This document shows positions 42,713 to 53,337 of a DNA stretch of 64,000 bases, one piece after another. The notes under the pieces were generated by a model. The model saw nothing but the letters and a program-made list of their open reading frames with translations. It searched no databases and was not told the origin of the DNA. The translations under genes and the position numbers were made by a program. Where the stretch lies: the NCBI GenBank assembly GCA_965218695.1, contig OZ244651.1, positions 1,664,001 through 1,728,000 of the forward strand, written 5' to 3'. Source of the stretch: Nitrosopumilus sp. (GTDB taxonomy: Archaea; Thermoproteota; Nitrososphaeria; Nitrososphaerales; Nitrosopumilaceae). The first letter of the stretch is position 1; each line of letters opens with the position of its first letter.

Positions 42713-44494
42713 TCAGTATGCGTATGCAGCGTCCCGTGACCGCTGAATCTCTACAATCGCGTTTAGCGTCTTTTGCTCCTCGGGGTTCAGCCTGTGCATG
42801 TATCTGGCAAGGAGCATCTTGGCCTCGCGTGAGTGCGGCAGGGTATAGTACGTGTCATCCTCGAAGAGATGCTTGCCGATCACGGCATTCTGGACAGAGC
42901 ATGCAACCTCGTCGCCCTTTCTTGCCGAGTCCACAGTCTTGCCGTCCAGCTGAAGCTGGTGGATGGTCCCTACCCTTCTGCCGTGCTTGTCCATGAACGA
43001 GACCTTCTGCCGCAGCACCCCGGTGTCTATGGTTATCCCAAAGACTGCGGGGCTGCTGTTTCTAAAGACGAACCCCTTCATGAACGTAAACCGGGAGATC
43101 GGCGTGAGTTCTGCAAATATGGCGTCGTCCTCGTGCGCAGTGTCCTCCTCTACCCACGCGTTGTAGCCGTCAACCAGGCTGTAGATTATCCTGTCCTCAA
43201 ATATCCTGACGTGGGACTCTTCTGATGCCTCCCTTGCGTCAGGCAGGACGCGCACGTTGAATGCCAGGACCACCCCCAGATGCCGGTCCTTCTCCTTGAC
43301 GGTTCCTGCGTCCACGACGTCCCGTCGGTTCACGGAACCGATGTCGGCCTTTGCTATGGGCACCTGTAAGCGCCTGAGCATCTCGGCTACGGCCTCAAGG
43401 GAGCCGATCGTGTCGCACTTGACCACCACTCCGTTGCTCATGGTGTCGACAAATACGGTGCTCATCTCAGACTCTATCAGGCCGGTAAACCTTTTGATGT
43501 CGTCCTGGTCTGATGCGACATAGAGCGTGCTGCCCGGGAGGACCCCCTCCAGGTCCGGCGATGCTATCTTGAGGCCGGCGGCGGCCTCCACCTCGGACAC
43601 CGACATGAACTTGTCTCTCGGATCCCGCATCTCGTCAAGCGGCTTTGGCAGGAGCAGCGCCTTTGGCTTTGTCACCACCACCGAATCCCTCCTTGCCACC
43701 ACGATCCTGTCCTCCTTTCGCATGGTTCCGTCAATCAGGATTATGTTGGCAGTCTGTCCGAGTCCCGTCTCGTCATTCACCTCAAGGACGATCCCGCGCG
43801 GGTCCTTCTCTTCCTGATCCAGCCGCTTCTGCAGGTACTGCTGGGTCAGCCCCACAAGCACGCTGAGAAGTTCCGGGATGCCGACATCAGAGCGAGCCGA
43901 GATCGGCACGATTGCTACTTCTGACTTGAAGTCCTTGACCCGGTAGAACGCCTCGGACTTGTAGCCCAGTATGGACAGGGTCCCCACAACATCATAGAGT
44001 TTTTGTTCAAGATCCGCCTGGACAGACGCGTCCTGCTCCTTTATCACCTGTGAGATGAACCGGGACTCTGACTTTCTCCACCCGGAGATCTGATCGCACT
44101 TGTTCAGAGCCACCACAAACGGAACCTTCCTGCTCTGGAGTATCCTCAGGCTCTCGTTTGTCTGGGGCTGGAACCCGCGGTTGACATCGACTACCAGTAC
44201 TGCAATGTCGGCAGCCGAGCCGCCCCGTGACCGGAGGTTTGTAAAGACCTCGTGGCCGGGAGTGTCAATTACCAGTATTCCGGGAATCTTGCTGCCTGCG
44301 TGCTCCAGCCTTTCGTACAGGCGGCCGCACGTATCCCGGATGGTATCAACGGGAAGAAAGCTTGCGCCTATGTGCTGTGTGATGCCGCCTGCCTCTCGTC
44401 CCTGTACGCCTGTTCCGCGAATCCGGTCCAGAAGGGATGTCTTGCCAGAGTCTACATGACCGAGAACTGCCACTATTGGCTGTCTGATGTGCAA
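42713..44494 (-). CDS. infB: translation initiation factor aIF5B/IF-2
   Basis: GHVDSGKTS, EAGGITQHIGA, DTPGHE, NKCD. Confidence 0.96.
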   Translation of the reverse strand: MHIRQPIVAVLGHVDSGKTSLLDRIRGTGVQGREAGGITQHIGASFLPVDTIRDTCGRLYERLEHAGSKIPGILVIDTPGHEVFTNLRSRGGSAADIAVLVVDVNRGFQPQTNESLRILQSRKVPFVVALNKCDQISGWRKSESRFISQVIKEQDASVQADLEQKLYDVVGTLSILGYKSEAFYRVKDFKSEVAIVPISARSDVGIPELLSVLVGLTQQYLQKRLDQEEKDPRGIVLEVNDETGLGQTANIILIDGTMRKEDRIVVARRDSVVVTKPKALLLPKPLDEMRDPRDKFMSVSEVEAAAGLKIASPDLEGVLPGSTLYVASDQDDIKRFTGLIESEMSTVFVDTMSNGVVVKCDTIGSLEAVAEMLRRLQVPIAKADIGSVNRRDVVDAGTVKEKDRHLGVVLAFNVRVLPDAREASEESHVRIFEDRIIYSLVDGYNAWVEEDTAHEDDAIFAELTPISRFTFMKGFVFRNSSPAVFGITIDTGVLRQKVSFMDKHGRRVGTIHQLQLDGKTVDSARKGDEVACSVQNAVIGKHLFEDDTYYTLPHSREAKMLLARYMHRLNPEEQKTLNAIVEIQRSRDAAYAY

Positions 44495-44500
44495 GATGGA

Positions 44501-44902
44501 TCACTCAAACGCTACCCTCGATTCGTGATCAAAACTTGCCTGTGAATCTGATGCGTGGATTATGTTTTCGCTGAATCCCAGTCCAAAGTCGCCCCTGACG
44601 GAGCCTGGTGCAGCCTCTGCAGAATTTGTAGCGCCGATGATCGTCCGGGTCGCTGCAACTGCGCAGTTGCCCTTGATGACTGCTGCCACCACCGGCCCTG
44701 ACGTGATGAATGATGTAAGCTCTCCAAAGAAGGGCTTGTCCTTGTGGACATCGTAGAATCTTTCTGCCTGCTCCATGCTAAAGGTAAACATCCTTAGTTT
44801 TAGAATGCGGAATCCCTTCTCCTCAAACCGGGATATGATGCGACCCACCAGGTTTCGTGCCACGGCATCAGGCTTTACGATGAACAGCGTCTGTTCGGTC
44901 AA
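44501..44902 (-). CDS. ndk: nucleoside diphosphate kinase
   Basis: IVKPDAV, PGSVRGDFG, NIIHASDS. Confidence 0.96.
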   Translation of the reverse strand: MTEQTLFIVKPDAVARNLVGRIISRFEEKGFRILKLRMFTFSMEQAERFYDVHKDKPFFGELTSFITSGPVVAAVIKGNCAVAATRTIIGATNSAEAAPGSVRGDFGLGFSENIIHASDSQASFDHESRVAFE

Positions 44903-44906
44903 GGCT

Positions 44907-45107
44907 CTACTTTCTCCTGATTCCACCCTTGACGTACTTGTTGGTCCACTTTAGCTTTCTTGGATCGCGCTTGAGTTCAAGTGCGTTCTTTTTGCATTTG
45001 GCAGAGCAGTACCACAGGACAGTGCCGTCGTTTTTGGCAAACATGGTGCCTGAACCCTTGGCGACTGGCCTATTGCAGAAATTACACGGTTTGACTAAGA
45101 GGCTCAT
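44907..45107 (-). CDS. rpl24e: 50S ribosomal protein L24e
   Basis: CNFC...GSGTMF...CSAKC...PRKLKWT. Confidence 0.95.
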   Translation of the reverse strand: MSLLVKPCNFCNRPVAKGSGTMFAKNDGTVLWYCSAKCKKNALELKRDPRKLKWTNKYVKGGIRRK

Positions 45108-45117
45108 GCATGCTCAC

Positions 45118-45330
45118 CTACTTTATCTTCTTGGCTTCCCTCTCAGTCTCCCTGAGCATCAGGATCTCCCCTATCCTGACGGAGCCCTTTACGTTCCTAG
45201 TGAGAATCCGTCCCCGGTCCTTGCCGGTAAGAATCTTGACGCGGACCTGGATCACCTCGCCTGCAATGCCGGTACGCCCGACGATCTGAATTATCTCGGA
45301 TTGGACCACCTCGTCAGTCGTGGCGCTCAT
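45118..45330 (-). CDS. rps28e: 30S ribosomal protein S28e
   Basis: [25 protein letters not shown]. Confidence 0.95.
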   Translation of the reverse strand: MSATTDEVVQSEIIQIVGRTGIAGEVIQVRVKILTGKDRGRILTRNVKGSVRIGEILMLRETEREAKKIK

Positions 45331-45713
45331 CAGTCAGTCTTGCCGCCCTTAATCTTAGAAATTGATGAGACAACCTGGTCTACAATGTGTTGTGCATCAC
45401 CGGCATCCAAAATTGCAGCCGCAGCAGAAGTAATGTCAATGCCCAGCGATTTGCCGAGTTCCTGTTTGCTTGGGACGAATGCAAATGCCGCGCCCTGCTC
45501 CTCGCACAGAATTGGAAGATGTGCTACAATTTCAGGGGGCTCCACGTCCTCTGCGATGATAATCAGCTTGCTTATGCCGCGCTCTATTGCCTTTGTTGCC
45601 TCGTTTGTGCCCTTTTTGACCTTGCCGCTGGTGGATGCAACCCTGACTGCCTCCAGAATCGGATTTACCAGATCCTGTGGCGTCTCAAATTTAACATAAT
45701 ACGCTTTTGCCAT
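45330..45713 (-). CDS. rpl7ae: 50S ribosomal protein L7Ae
   Basis: [28 protein letters not shown]. Confidence 0.96.
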   Translation of the reverse strand: MAKAYYVKFETPQDLVNPILEAVRVASTSGKVKKGTNEATKAIERGISKLIIIAEDVEPPEIVAHLPILCEEQGAAFAFVPSKQELGKSLGIDITSAAAAILDAGDAQHIVDQVVSSISKIKGGKTD

Positions 45714-45758
45714 CTTTTTGATCCTTGTGCATGGTTTTAAAAGTGTTAGCCGGTAGGC

Positions 45759-47520
45759 CAGCTAACCCAAATCTAATTCACTACACGCAAGTCCAACACG
45801 TGATGCCATGCATTCTGATGTAAAACTGCCCGCAGGTTCCATGAAAACGGAATTAGTCGACCGACACGCGCATCCCAAACCCGGAGTGCTGGCATCCTGT
45901 CCATGTGATGTGCAGATATCGACGCGGCGTGAAAAAATGTGCGCAATATGCCCTGTCATGCGGCATGCAGGCAGGCAGGCAACAGATGAGATCAGGCGGG
46001 CACTGGCCGGACGCCGGGCAAGTCAGGCAAGCCCGGCGGGGGTTCGGGACCGGGCCGCTGCCCAAGGATCCACAACAGCAGCACGAACTTTAGCGCAGTC
46101 TGCGTGGTCTTGGGGCCGGCATGGTCTCCTGACCGGAACGCCAAAAGCGCGTTGGCTGCAACCCACAGGTTGAATAACAGCAGGGAGTACAGGAAGCAGA
46201 AGAGGCGCGCGACGCGGTTGCGGCTGCGCGTCTTGGCCCTCATGCTCTCTATCTTGGCGTATCCGGTCTCTATCCCCCATCGGGCGGCATACGCGTCGGG
46301 GTTTATGCCCGGCACGCTGGTGGCAAACCCGATGTACTTCTCTTCTGGTTTGGCGTTGGGATCTTGGCAGCCCTTTCGCCTCACTATGGACAGAAAGCAC
46401 GATGCCGACTTGCCCCGGCCGTGCATGACGTACTCTGAGACTGCGTTTCTGGTGCCTTCTGCAAACTCCCGCAGCGCCTCTGCCACCCCGGGGGTGTTCC
46501 TGGCAGGCATGAGGTAGTCGATTCCCCTGCTGTTTAGCGCGTCGATCGTCTGCATTGCAAAAAATTCCCTGTCCATCAGGACAAGGCCGATCTTGGCTCC
46601 TGCGGCAAGGCAGCCGTCAAGCACGGCTCCTGCCATGTCCGGGCCTGACGTGAGCGCCGGCACGCCCAGCGCGGCAAGGTTCAGGCGCGCGCCGGGGTTG
46701 ACTGCTTGGGCGGTGATGTATCTTTCAAAATATTTTGTCCCGTTTTTGTACCTAGAGCGCGCAAGCTCGGGACCGCGCGTTCGGTCATACCGGGATATCA
46801 GGTGCATGTCTATGGCGACTGTGAGCCCCTCGACAGGCAGCATGCCTGCCTGTCCCAGCCGGTCCAGCTGCCCAGAGACTGCCTGCCTGAACCGGCACGC
46901 CATGTTGTCCTCGTCGATGCCAAGCAGCCTCAGCCGGAACCACTCGTCACTTGGAACCGCATGGCCTGCCCTTGCGTCTCCGGCCTCCGATGCCGACCGC
47001 ATGCCGTTGGCCGCGCCGCCGACTGACGTGTCAAGGATGGCTCCCCTCACCATGCCGTCGCTCAGGTCCGATACGCCGTATTTCCTGTTGCGTCCGGCCG
47101 GAAGAGGGACGATCGACCCGACGACGTCGCAGAGTCCCGGCATCATTTGGCAGCGGATCCGGGAGTTGTTTCGGAAGTCGCGCATGATCTTGTTTGCCCC
47201 CTGATTGGAGGGCACGCCGTGTCTGCTCATCCCGGCTGCCTCCCCGGGGCGTGCTGCGTTTGTGCCTGCACGGCACGCCTTGCCGCCGCACGGGTGCGCT
47301 TAAATAAAAACCCGGCAAGGATATTATGGATTCTGGGTTGTCCTGTGTGGTGGTGCATGCCGTGCATCCCCGAATCCACTTATCTGCACAACAACCATCC
47401 CGAGCCCGGAATGCGGTCCGATGTGACGTGCGTTGACACTGATCATCTAGGTCGAATGCTTCTGCAGCCATGTTTTGGCGCATGTGCGTTACGTGGACAA
47501 AATTACTTTTGGGTTAGCTG
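45759..47520 (-). mobile_element. ISH3-like insertion sequence
   Basis: TIR CAGCTAACCCAAA at both ends; direct repeat GTAGGC at 45753-45758 and 47521-47526. Confidence 0.85.
45992..47230 (-). CDS. ISH3/IS4-type DDE transposase
   Basis: VAIDMH, LMDREFF, YAARWGIETGY (Y2R3E motif). Confidence 0.88.
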   Translation of the reverse strand: MSRHGVPSNQGANKIMRDFRNNSRIRCQMMPGLCDVVGSIVPLPAGRNRKYGVSDLSDGMVRGAILDTSVGGAANGMRSASEAGDARAGHAVPSDEWFRLRLLGIDEDNMACRFRQAVSGQLDRLGQAGMLPVEGLTVAIDMHLISRYDRTRGPELARSRYKNGTKYFERYITAQAVNPGARLNLAALGVPALTSGPDMAGAVLDGCLAAGAKIGLVLMDREFFAMQTIDALNSRGIDYLMPARNTPGVAEALREFAEGTRNAVSEYVMHGRGKSASCFLSIVRRKGCQDPNAKPEEKYIGFATSVPGINPDAYAARWGIETGYAKIESMRAKTRSRNRVARLFCFLYSLLLFNLWVAANALLAFRSGDHAGPKTTQTALKFVLLLWILGQRPGPEPPPGLPDLPGVRPVPA

Positions 47521-47529
47521 GTAGGCCAG

Positions 47530-47809
47530 AGGGACTGTGGGGGTCTTCATAATATGCCAAGCGCCTCCTGAGATCGGTGATCATCACCTCGCGCTCCGCA
47601 TCCTTTAGTGAGTTCCGCATTCTCTGCTTGCATTGCCTTTATGATCTCGACCATCCCTCCAGTTGTTTTTCATATTTCCCGATGACCCTTGCCAGTTCGT
47701 CGCGCAGTATCTTGATTTCCGGGTTTGACAATGGGTGCTGTTGGGCAGCTTGTGATTTAGATCATGATGGTTGCAGAAAAATGGCTTAGGCGTAAACCTA
47801 AACTGTTAC
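47530..47809 (-). pseudogene. 5' remnant of an IS66 element
   Basis: Minus strand begins GTAACAG; a decayed frame ends DLRRRLAYYEDPHSPS, resembling RLMTYYTNPNTPPS of the intact IS66 transposase. Confidence 0.5.
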
Positions 47810-47818
47810 TAGGCCAGA

Positions 47819-49180
47819 CTATCCACTGAGAATCGAGTTTATTTTTCCGGTGTACTCTGACATTATTTCATCCAACCTGTCCTGGCTTTTGGCCTCGGCA
47901 TATATCCGGACTATGGGTTCTGTGCCGCTGGGTCGAATCATCACCCACTCCCCGGAGTCCAGCAGTATCCTAACGCCGTCAGTCGTATCAGATTCTGGAA
48001 ACTCCTCGTTCAGTGCAGAGATGAGTCCCGGGACGTCCCGTGCAGGACACGGAACCCTGTCCTTGGTGGTAAAGGATGGGGGCAGTTCCAGTACCTCGTC
48101 AGACAGGCCCTTCCTCCCCCCGGACGACGCTGCAAGGACGTCAAGCATCAGTGCCAGTGTCATGCAGCCGTCCCGAACCTGGTTGTGCGGTCCGTACATG
48201 AATCCGCCGTTCTCCTCAAAGCCGATAAGCGCACCTGTCTGGACCATCATCCTGGACACCTCCACGCTTCCGACCTTGGTGCGGATTACCTTGGAGCCGG
48301 ACTGCGCAGCCAGCGACTCTATACCGGAGCCCGAGTTCAGGCAGGTAATGGCAAGGGATTCCGGGGAGTTCCCAAGGATGTGCCTTGCAAGGACGAGTGC
48401 GGAGCTGTCGCCGGTCAACACCTTTCCATGCTCGTCACAGAATATGCTTCGATCCCCGTCGCCGTCAAAGGCGATTCCCAGATCCGCGTGATTTTCCACG
48501 ACTGCCTCGGAGAGATCCGAGAGGTTCTGCGGCGTCGGCTCCGAGCCCCGTCCTGGAAAGTTTCCGTCAATGTCTTCATTTACAAGGTACACCCTGCACC
48601 CCAGCATCCTGCACAGGTCCGGTGCAGACACTGCCTGTGCGCCGTTTCCAAGATCCAGCACCACGCCAAACCCCCTTGACCTGACCCTGTCAGAGTCTAT
48701 CCTGGATGCAACCCCGTCAAGGTACGCCCTTGTTGCGCGCTCTTCCGTACCAGTCTCCCCCCACGAGGCAGCAGCAGGCTTGCCCCATCCCTTCTGCAGG
48801 TATATCTCCTCCACTGCAAGCTCGTCACTCCTAGATATCTCCACCCCGTCAGGCGCGACAGGCTTGATGCCGTTGTACTCTGGCGGGTTGTGCGAGGCTG
48901 TAATCATTATTCCCCCAGAGTATCCCAGGGATCTCACCGCGTACTCTAGGCACGGGGTCGGGACTATTCCTGCCACGCTACAGTCGACTCCTATGGAGTT
49001 TAGCGCAGAGCAGACCACTTTGCACAGTACGGGCCCGGACTCCCTTCCGTCATACCCGACCAGCACGGGGGGCCCTCCAAAGAACGTCCCTAACGCAAGT
49101 GTCATGTCATGGACAAATTCCAGTGTGAGGTCCTGTCCGAACACCCCCCGAATGCCGTTTGTCCCAAAGAATCTTGCCAC
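47819..49180 (-). CDS. phosphoglucosamine mutase / phosphomannomutase
   Basis: FGTNGIRG, TASHNP, FDGDGDR, RPSGTEP. Confidence 0.94.
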   Translation of the reverse strand: MARFFGTNGIRGVFGQDLTLEFVHDMTLALGTFFGGPPVLVGYDGRESGPVLCKVVCSALNSIGVDCSVAGIVPTPCLEYAVRSLGYSGGIMITASHNPPEYNGIKPVAPDGVEISRSDELAVEEIYLQKGWGKPAAASWGETGTEERATRAYLDGVASRIDSDRVRSRGFGVVLDLGNGAQAVSAPDLCRMLGCRVYLVNEDIDGNFPGRGSEPTPQNLSDLSEAVVENHADLGIAFDGDGDRSIFCDEHGKVLTGDSSALVLARHILGNSPESLAITCLNSGSGIESLAAQSGSKVIRTKVGSVEVSRMMVQTGALIGFEENGGFMYGPHNQVRDGCMTLALMLDVLAASSGGRKGLSDEVLELPPSFTTKDRVPCPARDVPGLISALNEEFPESDTTDGVRILLDSGEWVMIRPSGTEPIVRIYAEAKSQDRLDEIMSEYTGKINSILSG

Positions 49181-49334
49181 AATACCACCAGCGTACTTGA
49201 TGAATTTGTGGGTATCTGTCAGCGTACCGCATGGCATCGTCCGGACGGCAGACGCCCATACCATTCTGGCAGGGCATCCCGCCGGACCACGCCGGCCTGG
49301 ATAAGTTAAATTTATGCCCTGCCGTACACCGTGT

Positions 49335-49419
49335 GCGGGAGTTGCCCAGCCCGGTCAAAGGCGTAGGGTTTAGGTCCCTATCTCTCAGGAGTTCGTGGGT
49401 TCAAATCCCACCTCCCGCA
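49335..49419 (+). tRNA. tRNA-Leu(TAG)
   Basis: GCGGGAG acceptor stem, TAGGG-TTTAGGT-CCCTA anticodon arm, variable arm, GGTTCAAATCC. Confidence 0.93.
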
Positions 49420-49433
49420 TTACAATCCGTGCG

Positions 49434-50210
49434 TAGTTGCACAACCTTCTGCGGTTCGACCTTCATGATCAAGACAGCATGGCCCAAGACGTATCTTTGT
49501 CTCACGTCCTTGCGATTGCCTCCTGCGATGCGCGCAACATGCGGTTGTACGGCCAAATCTTGATCCGGATTTCCTGTTTTATGTTCTTCCACTTTGCGGC
49601 CCAGACGGCATCACCAAATACCCCCTTGAATGCCGATAATGCAACCTCCACATTCCACCGCTTGCCATGGCCTACGCGAACCTTCCATCGTTCCCTGTTC
49701 TTCTAGCGCTTCTTCGCGTTCAGGGGCCGCGAACTTTTTGGGGTCGGTGACGCCGCCTCCAAGCTGATCCGGCACGGCGCTGGTGCGGAACCTGTCCACG
49801 CAGTTCGAACGCGCGTTGGGGTTCCCGTCGTATTCAAACGGACGACCGTTCTTCTTGCGGTTCATCCCCGCAACCCCGTTGGTCCAGTCCGGATCAACGC
49901 AAGGTGCAGTGCCGTTCCACGGTCCACGTACCTTGCGTCGTTTTGCGCATGCGTGATGCGTAGTAATGATTTCTGTCTGGCAGGTTTTGCAGCATCCGTC
50001 TTGCTCGTTATCACACGCACAGCACGCACTGATCTTTGTGCATATAGAACAAACACGATTGATCTTTTGGCTGATCATGATTGATCCAAGAGATGCCAGA
50101 CAGCACGGGACGCGTAATGGTAATCCTTGGAACAGCTGGCCGACAGTCCAGATGATTACAAACGTAACTGCTGCTGAACTGCTTCGTATCCGGACATAGT
50201 TGTGCAACTA
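49434..50210 (-). mobile_element. internally deleted IS5-family remnant
   Basis: Inverted repeat TAGTTGCACAAC at 49434-49445 and 50199-50210; transposase fragments MNRKKNGRPFEY and GKRWNVEVALSAFKGVFG. Confidence 0.65.
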
Positions 50211-50262
50211 ACTGCCACAAGGCAACATGTTTTATTTGACCGTATCTTGACGTGAATCTGTA

Positions 50263-53200
50263 ATGATAATTCTCCACGCCGGCGCCCACGAGAGAAGCAT
50301 AGTTCTCTGGGGGGAGAAGGCGCACAACTACAGTACTGGTGCCGTACCGTGGTGGAAGGGCGTGAGGCTCTCCCGGGCAAGGAAACATCCGCTAGGTGCC
50401 GACTCTGAGGATCTGACCCGAACCTTGGGGGCTGTGTTGCCTTCGGATTCAAAGACGGCCGGGGAGTGCACGGTAGCCGTCTGGCTGCCCACCAAGGGTT
50501 CCTACCCTATCCCGTCAAGTGACATAATCGCAGATCCTCCCCCATCCCAGGCAGGTACAAAGATGGCGGCGTGGAAAGTCGCCGCACGCAGGCTATCTCC
50601 AGTAGAGGCAGTGGGTCTGTTGAGCGCGTCTGCCGGCAGGCGGACTGTCGCTCCCGGCGTGCTAGTCGGTCCCGACATGGCGTACTGGACAGACGCGCTG
50701 CGCTTTGCAGGCTTTTTGGTCGCGCGGCAGCAGTTCCTTCCCGGCCTAGATGGTGACAGACGGCGGTACGTGGCAAAGTGGAATCCGGTCTTTGTGGGCA
50801 GGGATGCCGAGAGGTTTGACGTGTTGGCCCGGCGCATGCCGGCTGCGGCAAGGGCGCTTTCAGAGCCGGGTGCACGAAAGGCCCCCGAGATGCCTGCAGC
50901 CGTGGTGCTCAAAGGGATAGTTGCCTCGCTGACTGATCACATGGTACGCGGGGCCGCCGCACCGTACGTGTCATCCGGGCGACACCGTGCCAAGTTCGAC
51001 AGCATGCACGATTCTTGGCTTTACTCCCTAAAGTCTGAAGACGGGATAACCCACGGAGATTCTTCCGGCTTGGCCGAGCTTGCCGCCCGGATACACGAAT
51101 GGCAACGATCTATGACAGTCTCAACTGCATCTCCCTTTCGGCTCTGCTTCCGCCTAGAGGAGCCTGCCGGCGGCGCAGATGCCGGCGGCGCATGGTTTGT
51201 CCGCTACCTGCTCCAAGCCAGGAACGATCCCAGCTTGATAGTGTCGGCATCCGAGGTATGGGACGGCAGGGCCGCCGTGCTGGACAGGGGCGGCCACAAC
51301 GCCAAGGAGTTTTTGCTCCTCTCACTCGGACAGGCCTCGGGCATATGCAGGGGCATTGCCGCAGGCCTGAAGGACACCCGACTGGAAGGTCACGCAGTCG
51401 ACACCACAGAAGCATACGAGTTCCTTGCAGCCGAGGCTACAGCACTCGAGCAGGCAGGATATGGGATCATGCTCCCGTCTTGGTGGACTAGCAAGAGCGC
51501 AAGGGCCAAGCTTGCCGCGCGGGTCAGCGTACAGTTACCCAAGATGAAAGGGTACGGGGGACTGTCGCTTGATGCGATAATGAGATTCAAATGGGAGATT
51601 GCGCTGGGCGGACAGAAGATCACGCTTGAAGATCTCGAGGAGATCGCCGAGATGAAGTCGTTGTTGGTCAGGGTTCGCGGACAGTGGATGGAGGTCAGCG
51701 CTTCTGACATCCAGTCTGCCATCAAGTTTCTCAAGAAGGGCAAGGGCAGGGCGCAATTCAAGGACGTGATCCGGATGGCGCTGGGAGCAGAAGAGACGCC
51801 CGGGGGGCTTGAGATCGACGGCGTCAAGTCCACCGGCAGGCTTGCCGAAGTGCTCGGGCAGATTGACGGGACGGTGGGAATACGGGATCTTGACCATCCC
51901 GAAGGGTTCTCAGGCACGCTCCGGCCGTACCAGGTCCGTGGCTACTCTTGGCTTTCGTTTCTCCGCCAGTGGGGTCTTGGAGGATGTCTGGCAGACGACA
52001 TGGGTCTTGGCAAGACCGTCCAGACGCTGGCACTCGTACAACGTGACTGGCAGGCAGGCAACCGGCCCGTCCTGCTGGTCTGCCCCACGTCTGTGGTGGA
52101 CAACTGGTACCGGGAGGCTGCACGATTCACACCCGGACTGCCGGTGATGATCCACCACGGCACGGGCAGGATGCGCGGGGCGGCGTTTAGAAAGGCGGCA
52201 GAAAAGCAGGCCATCGTCATCTCCAGCTACGGGCTGATACAGCGGGATGCTGACATGTTCGGCAAGGTCGGCTGGGACGGGGTGGTGTTGGACGAGGCGC
52301 AGAACATCAAGAACCCGGAGACCAAACAGGCACGGGCCGTCAGGTCGCTGGGGGCCCAATACCGCCTTGCCCTGACAGGAACGCCGGTGGAGAACAACGT
52401 AGGCGACCTGTGGTCGATCATGGAGTTTCTGAATCCTGGGTTTTTGGGTACGCGGGAGGAGTTTCGGCGCAAGTTCTTCGTGCCGATCCAGGCAAAGCAG
52501 GACGCAGAGGCAGCAGAGCATCTCAAGCGTGCCACCGGACCGTTCATACTCCGGAGGCTAAAGACTGACAAGTCCATAATATCCGACCTGCCCGAAAAGA
52601 TGGAGGCAAAAGTGTTCTGCCCGCTGACAGAGGAGCAGGCATCCCTGTACGCCTCCGTTCTGGACGAGTGCATGAGGGATCTGAAGGCGTCTGAGGGCAT
52701 CCAGAGGAAGGGCATAATACTCTCCACCATATCCAAGCTCAAGCAGGTCTGCAACCACCCGGCACAGTTCCTCTCCGACGGCTCCGGCATAGCCGGCCGA
52801 TCCGGCAAGCTAGCCAGGCTGACAGAGATGCTATCGGAGGTGGTGGAATCCGGCGACCGGGCACTGGTATTCAGCCAGTTTGCCGAGATGGGCCACATGC
52901 TCAAACGCCACCTGCAAGAGACGTTCGGACTGGAGGTGCTGTTTATTCACGGCAGTGTCCCCCGGGGACAGCGCACCCGGATGGTCGAGCGTTTCCAGAA
53001 CGACCCGGACGGACCGCAGATATTCATCCTCTCATTAAAGGCAGGCGGCACCGGGCTGAACCTCACGGCTGCAAACCACGTCTTCCACTTTGACCGCTGG
53101 TGGAACCCGGCCGTGGAGGACCAGGCCACAGACAGGATCTTCCGCATCGGACAGAAGCGCAACGTCCAAGTCCACAAGTTTATCTGTGCGGGAACACTCG

Positions 53201-53337
53201 AGGAGAAGATAGACGGCATGATCGAGCGCAAAGTAAGGGTGGCCCGCATGGTGGTCGGGACAGGCGAGAAGTGGCTGACGGAGCTGTCCGACGACGACTT
53301 GAGGGACATGCTGTCGCTTGGCGGGGAGGGACGGTAG
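50263..53337 (+). CDS. SNF2-family helicase (DUF3670-type N-terminus)
   Basis: LRPYQ, LADDMGLGKT, LDEAQNIKN, LTGTPVEN, FDRWWNPAVEDQATDR. Confidence 0.95.
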   Translation: MIILHAGAHERSIVLWGEKAHNYSTGAVPWWKGVRLSRARKHPLGADSEDLTRTLGAVLPSDSKTAGECTVAVWLPTKGSYPIPSSDIIADPPPSQAGTKMAAWKVAARRLSPVEAVGLLSASAGRRTVAPGVLVGPDMAYWTDALRFAGFLVARQQFLPGLDGDRRRYVAKWNPVFVGRDAERFDVLARRMPAAARALSEPGARKAPEMPAAVVLKGIVASLTDHMVRGAAAPYVSSGRHRAKFDSMHDSWLYSLKSEDGITHGDSSGLAELAARIHEWQRSMTVSTASPFRLCFRLEEPAGGADAGGAWFVRYLLQARNDPSLIVSASEVWDGRAAVLDRGGHNAKEFLLLSLGQASGICRGIAAGLKDTRLEGHAVDTTEAYEFLAAEATALEQAGYGIMLPSWWTSKSARAKLAARVSVQLPKMKGYGGLSLDAIMRFKWEIALGGQKITLEDLEEIAEMKSLLVRVRGQWMEVSASDIQSAIKFLKKGKGRAQFKDVIRMALGAEETPGGLEIDGVKSTGRLAEVLGQIDGTVGIRDLDHPEGFSGTLRPYQVRGYSWLSFLRQWGLGGCLADDMGLGKTVQTLALVQRDWQAGNRPVLLVCPTSVVDNWYREAARFTPGLPVMIHHGTGRMRGAAFRKAAEKQAIVISSYGLIQRDADMFGKVGWDGVVLDEAQNIKNPETKQARAVRSLGAQYRLALTGTPVENNVGDLWSIMEFLNPGFLGTREEFRRKFFVPIQAKQDAEAAEHLKRATGPFILRRLKTDKSIISDLPEKMEAKVFCPLTEEQASLYASVLDECMRDLKASEGIQRKGIILSTISKLKQVCNHPAQFLSDGSGIAGRSGKLARLTEMLSEVVESGDRALVFSQFAEMGHMLKRHLQETFGLEVLFIHGSVPRGQRTRMVERFQNDPDGPQIFILSLKAGGTGLNLTAANHVFHFDRWWNPAVEDQATDRIFRIGQKRNVQVHKFICAGTLEEKIDGMIERKVRVARMVVGTGEKWLTELSDDDLRDMLSLGGEGR

